Shown: positions 7,708-16,908, counted from the stretch's first letter. The stretch: DNA of 64,000 bases from an uncultured Phycisphaeraceae bacterium (GCA_964610975.1 CAZSYN010000013.1:1-64000); one strand, 5' to 3'. Notes: generated by a model from the sequence alone, not told the origin. Made by a program: numbers and translations.

Positions 7708-9567
7708 TTATTCATACTTCATATCATCCAGAAAGAACGTTACCGGCGCGCCCTGGCCGCCAAGTGTCCAGTAAAAGCCGGACTTGATGCACTGAAGATC
7801 AACGCCATTAAGATCAATACTGTATTGCTTCCAGTTTGGCGTCAGCTCAACAACGGATGTTTCGCCCTTGCCGGTATCTGAATATTTTTTGCCGGTGATC
7901 AATCCGAAACCGAACTTGATTTTTTCGCCGCCTTTGGCGCCGCGCGCCCAGAACGTCAGTTTCTTTGCGCCGGTGAGATTAAAGCCGCCGGCCTTGTCTC
8001 CCCAGTCATTGGCGGGGCTTTGCCACACCACGCCGCCCCAGTTTCCGGCATCTTTGTAGGTAAATTTGATGCATGCTTTTTTGCTGTGCGGATTATCCGT
8101 GCTGTCCATCTGCATGCTGATGCCGCCGACGTTGCCCATCCATCCGGAAGGAATATACGGGCTGCCCGTTGCGCCATCGCCAAAAATCACCAGCGGCAAC
8201 GCCGCGCGCGCGGCCTTAAACGGCGCCTCCGGACCGTTAACCTTCAGCGGGATACTTCCCACGGCCGCGCCGGCATCATTGCGCACATAGCAGTAAATGC
8301 GATAAATACCGCCGTATTTGGGAAGTTTGATCGTGACTGTCGGCTTGCCATTTTCGACAATTGCATCAGGAAATGACGCCGTCGGATCGGCATTGGCGCC
8401 CTGAACGTCATACGTATCCATTTCTGAATAGAGCGCCCATTCAATCTTTACCGGTTTGCCAGCCGCATCACTCGCGCTGACCGTCGCGCGCACAGTTTCG
8501 CCGCCGTTGAGCACATCTTTGCCGCTAAGCGTCAGGCTGTTCATGCTTGGGCACGGATGCGCCGGCTTTTTGCCGGACCACAATTCCTGCATGGTATCAA
8601 CGGCCGCCAGGCGACTGCCATCCGGCAGGAACAGGCCAAACCATGTTGCGGTGGCTTCGCGCTTGTGGCCCCAGGCAAACACATACGATCCCAGGCACAA
8701 ATCAGGCGCGCCCAACACAGCTTTGTCATACGTCAGGCGGTAATAATCCGCTTTTTTAGTGCTGGTCATCTCCGGCGCGGCGCCCCATGAGTTCATCGGG
8801 ATTTCCCATGTGCCGGGCGGGCCAAACTCCGTGATGATGTACGGTTTATATCCGCCCTGTTTGCGATAACGCTCAACGAGCGACGGCCCCGCGCCGTAGC
8901 TGTTAATGCCGATGATATCGATATCCGGGCAATATTCGTTGATCATTTTGACTTTGTCACTGCCAATTTCCGCAATGACGGTCATAGTGGGATGATTCGG
9001 ATCAATCTGCTTGATCATGTGGGCGATATCCTGAATCGCCTTATACACGGCCGGGCCGGTATAGCCGTTTTCCATTTCGTTACCCACGCCCCAGATCAGC
9101 ACGGCCGGGTGATCCTTATATGCCAGCACGGCGCGTTTGGCGCCATCAAATTGTTCCTTTACGGCCGCGGCGTTGTCATAATTAAAGCCATGTTCCTTGT
9201 GGCCAAGCCAATAGCCTACGCTCACGGCGAGGCCCAGTTTCTGCGCCTGATCAAGCTGATCCTTTGTCTCCGGGCCTACGCCCCATGTGCGGAAGGAATT
9301 GCCGCCGCACTGAACCAGCGTGTCGCGCGATTCATCGCCGCCGGCGCCTTTTACAAAAAACGGCTTGCCATCGCGAAGAAGCTGCCAGCCGCCGGGCGTT
9401 TTTTTCAATTCCGTTTTGATCGCCTGCCCTTGCGCCGGCGCGGATGCCGCGGCGATGCCTGCGCATATCACCGCCGCCATCAGCCATTTGCATGACGAGA
9501 TTAAATTCACTGCACGTACTCCAAAATAAAACAGACAAACCACCAGATCGCCACCCAACATATTCAT
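7708..9567 (-). CDS. Secreted clan GH-A (TIM-barrel) glycoside hydrolase, GH2/GH5-like, with C-terminal putative carbohydrate-binding domain
   Basis: GVGNEMEN (acid/base NE motif) and IITEFGP (nucleophile TE) at typical clan GH-A spacing; Ig-like middle region; C-terminal domain paralogous to 7057..7617. Start is ambiguous: ATG at 9567 or ATG at 9480 (MAAVICAGIAAASAPAQG), neither with a Shine-Dalgarno sequence. Confidence 0.65.
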   Translation of the reverse strand: MNMLGGDLVVCLFYFGVRAVNLISSCKWLMAAVICAGIAAASAPAQGQAIKTELKKTPGGWQLLRDGKPFFVKGAGGDESRDTLVQCGGNSFRTWGVGPETKDQLDQAQKLGLAVSVGYWLGHKEHGFNYDNAAAVKEQFDGAKRAVLAYKDHPAVLIWGVGNEMENGYTGPAVYKAIQDIAHMIKQIDPNHPTMTVIAEIGSDKVKMINEYCPDIDIIGINSYGAGPSLVERYRKQGGYKPYIITEFGPPGTWEIPMNSWGAAPEMTSTKKADYYRLTYDKAVLGAPDLCLGSYVFAWGHKREATATWFGLFLPDGSRLAAVDTMQELWSGKKPAHPCPSMNSLTLSGKDVLNGGETVRATVSASDAAGKPVKIEWALYSEMDTYDVQGANADPTASFPDAIVENGKPTVTIKLPKYGGIYRIYCYVRNDAGAAVGSIPLKVNGPEAPFKAARAALPLVIFGDGATGSPYIPSGWMGNVGGISMQMDSTDNPHSKKACIKFTYKDAGNWGGVVWQSPANDWGDKAGGFNLTGAKKLTFWARGAKGGEKIKFGFGLITGKKYSDTGKGETSVVELTPNWKQYSIDLNGVDLQCIKSGFYWTLGGQGAPVTFFLDDMKYE

Positions 9568-9577
9568 GCGGAAACAA

Positions 9578-9602
9578 GCCCCATCCCTTTACGGGATGGG
9601 GC
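9578..9602. repeat. REP-like hairpin GCCCCATCCC-TTTAC-GGGATGGGGC (perfect 10-bp stem)
   Basis: Perfect palindrome. Same family as 15587, 15464, 37507, 38221, 63006, 63129. Confidence 0.85.
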
Positions 9603-9657
9603 ACAGACTATTGACAAAACAGCAGGCCCCCATGAACACGAACTGCTCACGCACGCC

Positions 9658-10434
9658 CTAATATTCCGTTGAGAGATTTTTCCCCAGCAGCGGCCCGCGC
9701 ACGGATTCCGCGTGATTGTCCACAAACAGCACATTGACAAACGAATTACCGCGATGACGGTAACGAATCACATAATTGTTAAGCGAATCTGAATTGGATA
9801 ACTCCATACTCGGATTGCCTGGCCACCATACGGGCTGATTGGCTTCGCCAAGACTGCACCACCAATGCGCCTCAGTACCTGCGATCCACCCGGCGCTGAC
9901 TCCGCGATCCTGCAACTGAGCCGTATCGCAAATAGACACAACCTCGGCCGGTCGCGGAATGGTGCTGAGCTTGTGAAAAATAATCTGGTACGGGTCCGTG
10001 CAATTCGGATCGGCATTTGCCTTGATATGCACAAAAGCGTTAGCGCCGTATGTTAACGGATACTGCTGGCCGGCCGCACCGGTGATCTCAACGCTTATAG
10101 ATGGGCAGGTCCAGATGTTAAATCTTTTTGATGAACTGCCATCCCATCCCGGCTGTTTGAGATAATCCGCCAGAATATCAGGCATTGATTTTGTCACAAT
10201 CGTGTCATAACCGGCGTAATAACACGGAAACAAATACCCATCATATTCTGCGGTATACATTGCCGAGGCAATGCCCATCTGTTTTTCGCCACTCAAACAT
10301 TTAACTGCATTAGCCTGATCCTTGGCCTTGCCCAGCGCCGGAACCAAAATAGCCACTAGCACGATAATAATTGCCACTACAACAAGCAATTCAATCAATG
10401 TGAACGCTCGGCTACGGACTGTCTGAAGCTTCAT
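9658..10434 (-). CDS. Prepilin-type N-terminal cleavage/methylation domain protein, DUF1559 (H-X9-DG) family pseudopilin
   Basis: MKLQTVRSRAFTLIELLVVVAIIIVLVAIL N-terminus (class III signal) and C-terminal LFVDNHAESV (DUF1559 signature LF.DGHV-like). Confidence 0.8.
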   Translation of the reverse strand: MKLQTVRSRAFTLIELLVVVAIIIVLVAILVPALGKAKDQANAVKCLSGEKQMGIASAMYTAEYDGYLFPCYYAGYDTIVTKSMPDILADYLKQPGWDGSSSKRFNIWTCPSISVEITGAAGQQYPLTYGANAFVHIKANADPNCTDPYQIIFHKLSTIPRPAEVVSICDTAQLQDRGVSAGWIAGTEAHWWCSLGEANQPVWWPGNPSMELSNSDSLNNYVIRYRHRGNSFVNVLFVDNHAESVRGPLLGKNLSTEY

Positions 10435-10567
10435 GACCGGCTCCTCATTGTTCCGCAACGGAATCCTTTTCCGCCACGGTGAAAATTCCGCCGATACACA
10501 ACTCGACCATTGAAGTATAGGATTCAAATTACCCAATAACTCGCACGAAATGACTCTGAGCCGCACC

Positions 10568-11569
10568 TTATTTAGGGCGGCCGACGGTATCATGCAACTC
10601 AAACCAGCATGCGGACTTGCGCACTTTGTTGATTTCTCTTGTACCGGATTGATTCATGATTTCGTCAAGCAGACTCAGCGCCGCATATCCCAGGGTCGCG
10701 GCGTTCTGGCATACCGCCGAAAGCGCCGGGACCATGCACATGCGAAGATCCGCATCATCAAAACCGACAATGGATAAATCAGCCGGAATCTCCATGCCGA
10801 CGCGGCGCGCCTCGCCGATGGCGCCGACGCATGCCAGCGGATCAGCAATATAGACGGCCGTGGGACGATCGGGCATGGCTTCTACGCGCTTGATGACCTG
10901 AATGCCGCCTTCGCGGGTAGCAGGCACGCGCCAGATCAATTGCGGATCAACCTCAATGCCGGCCTTCTGAAGCGCATCACGATAACCGGCCAGGCGGTCC
11001 TGATGATCAGAATCGTCCACAACGTTGACCGTTACGGCGATTCGTTTGTGGCCAAGACCAATGAGCGTTGATACGGCTTCGGAACTTGCGCCAAACGAAT
11101 CAGAATAAACGTAAGGAATGTTGGTATCTTCAAAACGTTCGCCCACGGCCACAACCGGGAATCCCTCGGCCGCAATGGATTCGCAAACGGCGCGTGAGTT
11201 CATCGTGGCGCGCAGGATGGCCCCGCGAATGCCTTTACGCATGAACATGGCGGTATAGGTTTCGTCCGCGCGGCGCGCCCGGCGCAGATCAAGAATAGAC
11301 AAGTCATACGGAAAATCATCAAAACCATCGCCGATGCCGCGCAGCAGCGCCGCATCATATGGTGATCCCCAGGAAAGCTCGCCGGTATACACAAGTGCGA
11401 CATTATTCGTATCGCGCCGGCCTACCGCGGCCACATACCGCGTTTCGTTCGCCGCCGCCAGCACGCTCTCGCGCACATCCGAACTGACATTCGGATGATT
11501 GTTGAGTACGCGCGAGACCGTCGTGATAGAAACACCGGCCCGCTTAGCTATTTCTCTGACTGATGACAT
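10568..11569 (-). CDS. LacI family transcriptional regulator
   Basis: N-terminal HTH MSSVREIAKRAGVSITTVSRVLN plus periplasmic-binding-protein-like sugar-binding core; 333 aa. Confidence 0.9.
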   Translation of the reverse strand: MSSVREIAKRAGVSITTVSRVLNNHPNVSSDVRESVLAAANETRYVAAVGRRDTNNVALVYTGELSWGSPYDAALLRGIGDGFDDFPYDLSILDLRRARRADETYTAMFMRKGIRGAILRATMNSRAVCESIAAEGFPVVAVGERFEDTNIPYVYSDSFGASSEAVSTLIGLGHKRIAVTVNVVDDSDHQDRLAGYRDALQKAGIEVDPQLIWRVPATREGGIQVIKRVEAMPDRPTAVYIADPLACVGAIGEARRVGMEIPADLSIVGFDDADLRMCMVPALSAVCQNAATLGYAALSLLDEIMNQSGTREINKVRKSACWFELHDTVGRPK

Positions 11570-11757
11570 AATTGCACATGTTTTAGAAACTGATTCAGAA
11601 ACGTGTCAACAACAACATAACACACGCCATCTGAAAGGCAAGCCGAAAACAAAATATTCTGCAAAAAAGTATCTATTTACGCGCGAATTTGTATTTTTCG
11701 TATTCGTGATTATCCTGATCGGCGCAGATCTGTTTGGTAACAAACAGGCCCCGGATG

Positions 11758-11774
11758 CTGAAACAGTGTTTCAG
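11758..11774. promoter_or_regulatory. 17-bp perfect palindrome CTGAAACA-G-TGTTTCAG in divergent lacI / GHL6 promoter region (operator candidate)
   Basis: Read directly; centred ~190 bp from both start codons, with a further half-site GTGTTTC immediately downstream. Confidence 0.55.
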
Positions 11775-11967
11775 TGTTTCTATCTTTTTGCGAAAATCAC
11801 GCGGAATACGATATGATAAGCTGTTCGTATCCTATATATGTGTGACACATCAGATGACAAGGATAACATATCCGTATTCAAAATTGCCGCGGCAGTTGTA
11901 CATCCTTAAACTGTTGCCCTGTCTTTCATGGCGTGCGTCATGTCATGATCGCACTTTCCGGAGTTGA

Positions 11968-13977
11968 ATGATGTCAAAGAATGTTGTGTTGCCGATGCGT
12001 CAGGTTCATCTTGATTTTCATACCGGGAAAATGATCCCGGAAGTCGGGACGGAATTTGATGCGAAGGCTTTTGCCAAAACCTTTAAAGCAGCTCATGTCA
12101 ACAGCGTAACGCTTTTTGCCAAGTGTCATCATGGCCATCTGTATTACAATACGAATCATCCGGCACGCCACCCGCACATCAAGCCGGGACTGAATCTTTT
12201 GGGAGAGCAGGTTGAGGCTCTGCATCGCGAAGGAATCCGCGCGCCGATTTACCTGAGCGTTCAATGTGATGAATTTGCGGCCAATGCGCATCCGGAATGG
12301 ATCGCGCGCGATGCCGACACCGGCAATATTGTGGGCCCAAAACCGCTGCTCAATCCTTATCCGAATTTTTCCTGGCAGATTCTTGATCTCTCAACGCCCT
12401 ATCAGGATTACCTGGCGGATCAGCTTCAGGAAGTGCTCAATCTGTTTAAGCCGGTTGACGGCATCTTTTTTGACATGTGCTGGGATCAGCCAAGCGCCAA
12501 TCCGTATTTCATCAAGGCGATGATCAAAGATAAGCTCAATCCGGAAAGCAAAACCGACCGCGTTGAATACGCCCGGCGCCTGGCGCTGATTTACATGAAG
12601 CGCTACCACGATATGGTTAAAGCGGCCAATCCGAATGCGAGCGTGTTCTTTAACTCCCGGCCGCTCTCGCGATTGCATCAGGATATTGCGTATCAGGAAC
12701 AGGTTGAAATTGAGGCGCTGCCCACCGGCGGCTGGGGATATATTTATTTCCCCAAAAATGTGCGCTTTGCGCGCAACTTCGGCAAACCCTACATGGGCAT
12801 GACGGCGCGCTTTCACAAAAGCTGGGCCGACTTTGGCGGCATTAAGCCCTACGCCGCTCTTGAATACGAAACTTCGCAAATGCTCGCGCACGGCGCGGCA
12901 TGCAGCATCGGTGATCAACTTCATCCGCGCGGCATGCTTGATCAGGGTACTTATGAGCTCATCGGCAAGGCCTACGCGCGCGTTGAGGCGCGCGAACCGT
13001 GGTGCACCAACGTTAAGGCGGTTACGGATGTTGCGGTATTTCAGGCGCCGCTGAACGTAGCGCCGCAGGACGGCCAGGGCATCAACGGAACCGACGAAGG
13101 CGTCACGCGCATGCTGATGCATCTCAAGCAGCAGTTTAATATCGTGACGGAAGAAAGCGATCTGAGCGGATATAAATTGATCATTCTGCCGGATCAAATT
13201 CCGGTATCGCCGGATCTTGCCGCGCGACTGCAACTGCACCTGAAAAACGGCGGCGCATTGCTGGCCAGCGGAACCAGCGGCCTTTCGGCAGACGGAACAA
13301 AAGTCCTGCTGCCGGAACTGGGCATTGAGGCGCACGGAATCTCGCCGTATATCACAACCTATCTGCGATTTGGCAAAGAAGTGTCGGCCGACGTTCCACC
13401 GAGCGACCATGTGATGTATGAACGCGGCTGGCGCGTTAAGCCGGCATCCGGAACGCAGTCACTCGTTCAGATTGTTGAGCCGTATTTCAATCGCACATGG
13501 CAGCATTTCTCAAGCCATCAGCAGACGCCGGGCAACAACGTCAGCGAATTTGCCGGCGCAACGATCAACGGCAAAGTGGCCTATATTGCATTCCCGATCT
13601 TTTCGGCCTATGGCATTCATGGCAATTACCCGTACCGCCTGATGGTGCGTAATTTGATTAACCAGCTTCTGGCCGATCCGTTGCTGCGCGTCACCGCACC
13701 GACAAGCACGGAAGCCACTGTGATGCGGCAGGAAAATCCCGCGCGCACCATTGTGCATCTTCTGCAATATTGCCCTGAGCGCCGCGGCGCGGGCCTTGAT
13801 CTGCTTGAAGATATTGTGCCTCTGCATGATGTGCCGGTGAGCCTGAAGCTGGCGGCCAAACCGTCTCGCGTGTATCTGGCGCCGGAAGGACAGGAACTGA
13901 ATTTTGCCTATAATTCCGGCCGAGTTGATGTGAAAATTCCGATCGTCAACGGCCATGCGATGGTAGTTTTTGAATAA
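11968..13977 (+). CDS. Putative glycoside hydrolase, GHL6-like N-terminal TIM-barrel domain with GH42-type trimerisation (class-I glutamine amidotransferase-like) middle domain
   Basis: GGAG Shine-Dalgarno 5 nt upstream. N-terminal RQVHLDFHT motif typical of the GHL6 family. Central VAVFQAP...YKLIILPDQ region resembles the beta-galactosidase trimerisation domain. Divergent from the LacI gene. Confidence 0.55.
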   Translation: MMSKNVVLPMRQVHLDFHTGKMIPEVGTEFDAKAFAKTFKAAHVNSVTLFAKCHHGHLYYNTNHPARHPHIKPGLNLLGEQVEALHREGIRAPIYLSVQCDEFAANAHPEWIARDADTGNIVGPKPLLNPYPNFSWQILDLSTPYQDYLADQLQEVLNLFKPVDGIFFDMCWDQPSANPYFIKAMIKDKLNPESKTDRVEYARRLALIYMKRYHDMVKAANPNASVFFNSRPLSRLHQDIAYQEQVEIEALPTGGWGYIYFPKNVRFARNFGKPYMGMTARFHKSWADFGGIKPYAALEYETSQMLAHGAACSIGDQLHPRGMLDQGTYELIGKAYARVEAREPWCTNVKAVTDVAVFQAPLNVAPQDGQGINGTDEGVTRMLMHLKQQFNIVTEESDLSGYKLIILPDQIPVSPDLAARLQLHLKNGGALLASGTSGLSADGTKVLLPELGIEAHGISPYITTYLRFGKEVSADVPPSDHVMYERGWRVKPASGTQSLVQIVEPYFNRTWQHFSSHQQTPGNNVSEFAGATINGKVAYIAFPIFSAYGIHGNYPYRLMVRNLINQLLADPLLRVTAPTSTEATVMRQENPARTIVHLLQYCPERRGAGLDLLEDIVPLHDVPVSLKLAAKPSRVYLAPEGQELNFAYNSGRVDVKIPIVNGHAMVVFE

Positions 13978-14092
13978 TGCCGTAAGGAATTGATCATCAG
14001 GCGGTGTCTGTCAGTTTTAATCTGAGAGATTATCTGCTAAAATAAACAACTTACGCCGCAGAGAAGTTCAGAAATGGGCCTCTGCGGCAGTA

Positions 14093-14167
14093 CGGGGCGT
14101 AGCTCAGCCTGGTTAGAGCGCCTGGTTTGGGACCAGGAAGTCGGAGGTTCGAATCCTCTCGCCCCGA
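14093..14167 (+). tRNA. tRNA-Pro (anticodon TGG)
   Basis: Manual cloverleaf: acceptor CGGGGCG/CGCCCCG, D-stem GCTC/GAGC, anticodon stem CCTGG/CCAGG with loop TTTGGGA (U33, anticodon UGG, G37), T-arm GGAGG-TTCGAAT-CCTCT, discriminator A. No encoded CCA. Confidence 0.9.
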
Positions 14168-14320
14168 TTCCCTTCTAATTCCTTTTTAATCTATAATTTA
14201 AAGCAATGTCCGCGTAAGGCTTTGCGGCCGGATAACGCTCGAAGAAATGTTTCTCTTTGACCGGCGACCCAGAAGAAAACCCTCATGCAACAGTTGTTCC
14301 CGGCGGCAAAAGGGGGTTAA

Positions 14321-14464
14321 ATGGCTCCTTCACATGACAGGGCGAGCGGTGGAGCGACCGTGCTGGAGAAACCCACCCTGGAACGTATCGGCAAAAACAC
14401 CCGGCCGCGCCGCAAGATCCGGCAGGAACCGGATCGCTCGTTGCCCAGTCAGTCCAGAAAATAA
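14321..14464 (+). CDS. Small basic ORF (47 aa) with strong Shine-Dalgarno, function unknown
   Basis: AAAGGGGG 5 nt upstream of ATG; MAPSHDRASGGATVLEKPTLERIGKNTRPRRKIRQEPDRSLPSQSRK. Not in the ORF track (<60 aa). Confidence 0.25.
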   Translation: MAPSHDRASGGATVLEKPTLERIGKNTRPRRKIRQEPDRSLPSQSRK

Positions 14465-14479
14465 AAAGGTAGAACACGT

Positions 14480-15199
14480 ATGGGAAGAGCATTCGAAAGG
14501 CGCAAATATTCCATCTTCAAGACGGCGACCCAGAACGCAAAGCTGTATTCCAAATACAGCAAGCAGGTGTACGTGGCAGCCAAGAACGGCATCCCCGACC
14601 CGGCGGACAACCCGCACCTGCGCCTCGTCGTTGAGAAAGCCAAAAAGGAAAATGTTCCGAGCCACGTGATTGACAAGGCGATCCAGAAAGCCGCCGGCAA
14701 GGGAGGCGAAGACTTCATCTCCGTGCGTTACGAGGGGTTCGGCCCCGGCGGCTCGCTGATCATCGTCGAGTGCCTGACCGACAACAACCAGCGCACGGTC
14801 GCCGAGGTCCGCAGCTATTTTGCCAAAGCTGGCGCCAAGCTGGCCGCCAGCGGCGCGGTGCTGATGTCGTTCGACCACCTGGCGGTCATCTCGTTCAAGG
14901 GCGATTCGGAGGAGAAGGTGATTGAGGCGCTCTTCGCCGCGGACATCGCCGTCGAAGACGTCGAGAGCAAGGACGGCGTTATCACGGTCTTCACCCCGCC
15001 GGCCGAGTTCTACAAGGCCAAGACGGCGTTGCTCGAAGCGATGCCGGGTGTTGAACTTGACATACAGGAGATCACGTTCATCCCGCAGGCCACCAAGACG
15101 CTCGGCGCGGAAGAGCTGGCCTCTTTTGAGAAGTTTTTGCAGATGCTTGAAGAAAACGAGGACGTGCAGGAGGTCTATCACAACATCGTGCTTCCGTAA
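14480..15199 (+). CDS. yebC: YebC/PmpR family DNA-binding transcriptional regulator
   Basis: 239 aa; conserved YebC blocks (KNGIPDPADNPHLR, VRYEGFGPGG, EVYHNIV). Confidence 0.85.
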   Translation: MGRAFERRKYSIFKTATQNAKLYSKYSKQVYVAAKNGIPDPADNPHLRLVVEKAKKENVPSHVIDKAIQKAAGKGGEDFISVRYEGFGPGGSLIIVECLTDNNQRTVAEVRSYFAKAGAKLAASGAVLMSFDHLAVISFKGDSEEKVIEALFAADIAVEDVESKDGVITVFTPPAEFYKAKTALLEAMPGVELDIQEITFIPQATKTLGAEELASFEKFLQMLEENEDVQEVYHNIVLP

Positions 15200-15429
15200 A
15201 GAGCGGCGGACCACTATGCTATCTCGCGCACCTCGCCCCCGGCCCAAATGAATGAGAAAACAGACGCGTCCCGTGGCGGACTATCCACTTTGCCTGCCGC
15301 CCCGAGTCACATTTTTTTGATTTTTCTGATTCATCTGCGCCGACGATCTGCTATAAATAGGAAAATAGGTTTTCCGGTTCACGTCTTGTTTCTGTTCTGA
15401 AGTTTTTGTTGCCGTCACGATTGCGTATC

Positions 15430-15634
15430 AACCTGAGTTCGGGATAAGGGGCGTTGATTTCAAGCCCCGCTCCTTCATGGGGCGGGGCACAATGGATGTG
15501 CGAACGATTGTCATCAGTAGAGTACTTGATGATGTGTGAACGGTTTTGTTCCGATCATGAGCAATCGCCAATGATCATTGGTTCGTGCCCCATCCCGTAA
15601 AGGGAATGGGGCTTGCTTATCCCGAACTCAGGTT
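15430..15634. mobile_element. MITE-like non-autonomous element (~205 bp) with perfect 19-bp terminal inverted repeats and REP hairpins at both inner ends
   Basis: TIR-L AACCTGAGTTCGGGATAAG (15430-15448) is the exact reverse complement of TIR-R CTTATCCCGAACTCAGGTT (15616-15634). The interior 15464-15612 is ~70% identical to 63006-63154, including GCACAATGGATGTGCGAACGAT and GATCATGAGCAAT blocks. Confidence 0.55.
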
Positions 15635-15702
15635 ATCACATTTTCTGAGAGGCCTGTTGCGAGACCGGCCTACGATCAGGCACTTCATTTTCGGAAATCG
15701 GC

Positions 15703-16374
15703 ATGGCTACGATGATTTTGGATTCGTGCGATATTTCGGCCGAAGAATTAACGCAAATCGCCAGGCAGGTGCGCGGCGAAATGGTTGTTTTTTTTGAGCT
15801 TGCCGGCCCGCAGGCCAAGTATATGACCGGTTGCTGCGGCGAAGCGGCATTCAGAGTGGCCAAAATTCTTCGCGGCATGGGTGTTATGCCGGTGTGCCTG
15901 TCTGTGCAAATCAATCAGGAGATGGGCCACACGGTGGTGCTGGCCGGCAGATATCTGATTGATGCAACAGTGACGCAGTTTCTTGCGCCGGAGCTGGCGC
16001 GCTTTGCGCCGCGGCCGCTGCGCAAGGATCAGTTTGTTTTTACGCTTCCCGAAATGGTGATGGCAGAACCGTGGCGCGCGCAGGAAGATAACGAAGACGC
16101 CCTGTGGCTTGGTGATTATCCGGTAGGCCCGATGACACAGATCATGGAGCATAAACCAACTCAGGCGGAAATTGACGCCGGGCGCGGATATATGATCCGG
16201 TCTTTTGAGACACGTTTTTCACATGACATGGCCGAGTTCAGCGGTAAAGCGGCACTACAGCGCGCGGCGCAAAGCGCCGATCCGATCTGGCGGCGCGCCG
16301 TGGCCATGATCCTCCCGGAAATGCCCCAGCAGGATGCGGCGTATCTGGCCGGTGTGCTGACTGCGGGAAGATAA
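15703..16374 (+). CDS. Hypothetical protein
   Basis: 223-aa ORF starting with ATG; coding-like composition; no recognisable motif. Confidence 0.45.
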   Translation: MATMILDSCDISAEELTQIARQVRGEMVVFFELAGPQAKYMTGCCGEAAFRVAKILRGMGVMPVCLSVQINQEMGHTVVLAGRYLIDATVTQFLAPELARFAPRPLRKDQFVFTLPEMVMAEPWRAQEDNEDALWLGDYPVGPMTQIMEHKPTQAEIDAGRGYMIRSFETRFSHDMAEFSGKAALQRAAQSADPIWRRAVAMILPEMPQQDAAYLAGVLTAGR

Positions 16375-16388
16375 AACCGGCAGCGAAC

Positions 16389-16877
16389 TTACATTTCTTC
16401 TTCATCACGGACAACGCCAAGATCAAGCACCATTTCGTTATCCGTGGGCATAAAACCGAGATTAGTATACAAGTGGCGCGCGCTGGGGAGTGCGTGCAGA
16501 GACACTCTTTTACATTTTTTTGCGGATGCGTCACTTAGCAGCAATTGCAGCAACGTCGTGGCGACGCGATGCTGGCGCCAGGCCGGCATCGTGTACATGT
16601 TCATGACGTATGCGTTAAGGCCGGCGAGATTGGTGGGCGTGGGCGGGTGACGATGAAAAACCATGCCGCTTGTGCCCACAACCTTGCCGCTGACAAGCGC
16701 AATATACGCAACAAATTCGCCGGTGGGCATATAACGCAGAAAATATTCACGAAGCTTACTGGAAAGCTCCGGCGTAGGCTGAACCGTCGGGGCGACTTCA
16801 GCCAGGAATGCCAGGCGCATGGCCACCAGTGCATCAAGATCCGCCATTGTCGCAAGTCTGTATGTGATGTGATCCAT
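16389..16877 (-). CDS. GNAT family N-acetyltransferase
   Basis: 162 aa; acetyl-CoA binding-type segment RQHRVATTLLQLL and C-terminal NLGF motif region typical of GNAT fold. Confidence 0.75.
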   Translation of the reverse strand: MDHITYRLATMADLDALVAMRLAFLAEVAPTVQPTPELSSKLREYFLRYMPTGEFVAYIALVSGKVVGTSGMVFHRHPPTPTNLAGLNAYVMNMYTMPAWRQHRVATTLLQLLLSDASAKKCKRVSLHALPSARHLYTNLGFMPTDNEMVLDLGVVRDEEEM

Positions 16878-16908
16878 GAACGTTTTTAATCCGCAATAGG
16901 CTTATGCG

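Noticed and set aside
7708-9567. Assignment of the hydrolase specifically to GH2
   Set aside because: The protein lacks the N-terminal sugar-binding and Ig domains that precede the GH2 TIM barrel. Only clan GH-A level motifs (NE...TE) can be supported from sequence.
14330-15247. 305-aa ORF antisense to yebC, and similar long antisense ORFs (12391-13410, 17918-18685, 35723-36412, 45253-46029, 52358-53233, 58769-60361)
   Set aside because: Each lies fully inside and opposite a gene with strong homology-based support. Their translations are Arg/Ala/Gly-rich low-complexity sequence typical of GC-rich antisense frames, with no RBS or motif.
14168-16400. Genomic island integrated at tRNA-Pro
   Set aside because: Downstream genes (yebC, hldD, dehydrogenase) are core housekeeping with native composition. 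No integrase or direct repeat of the tRNA 3' end was seen.
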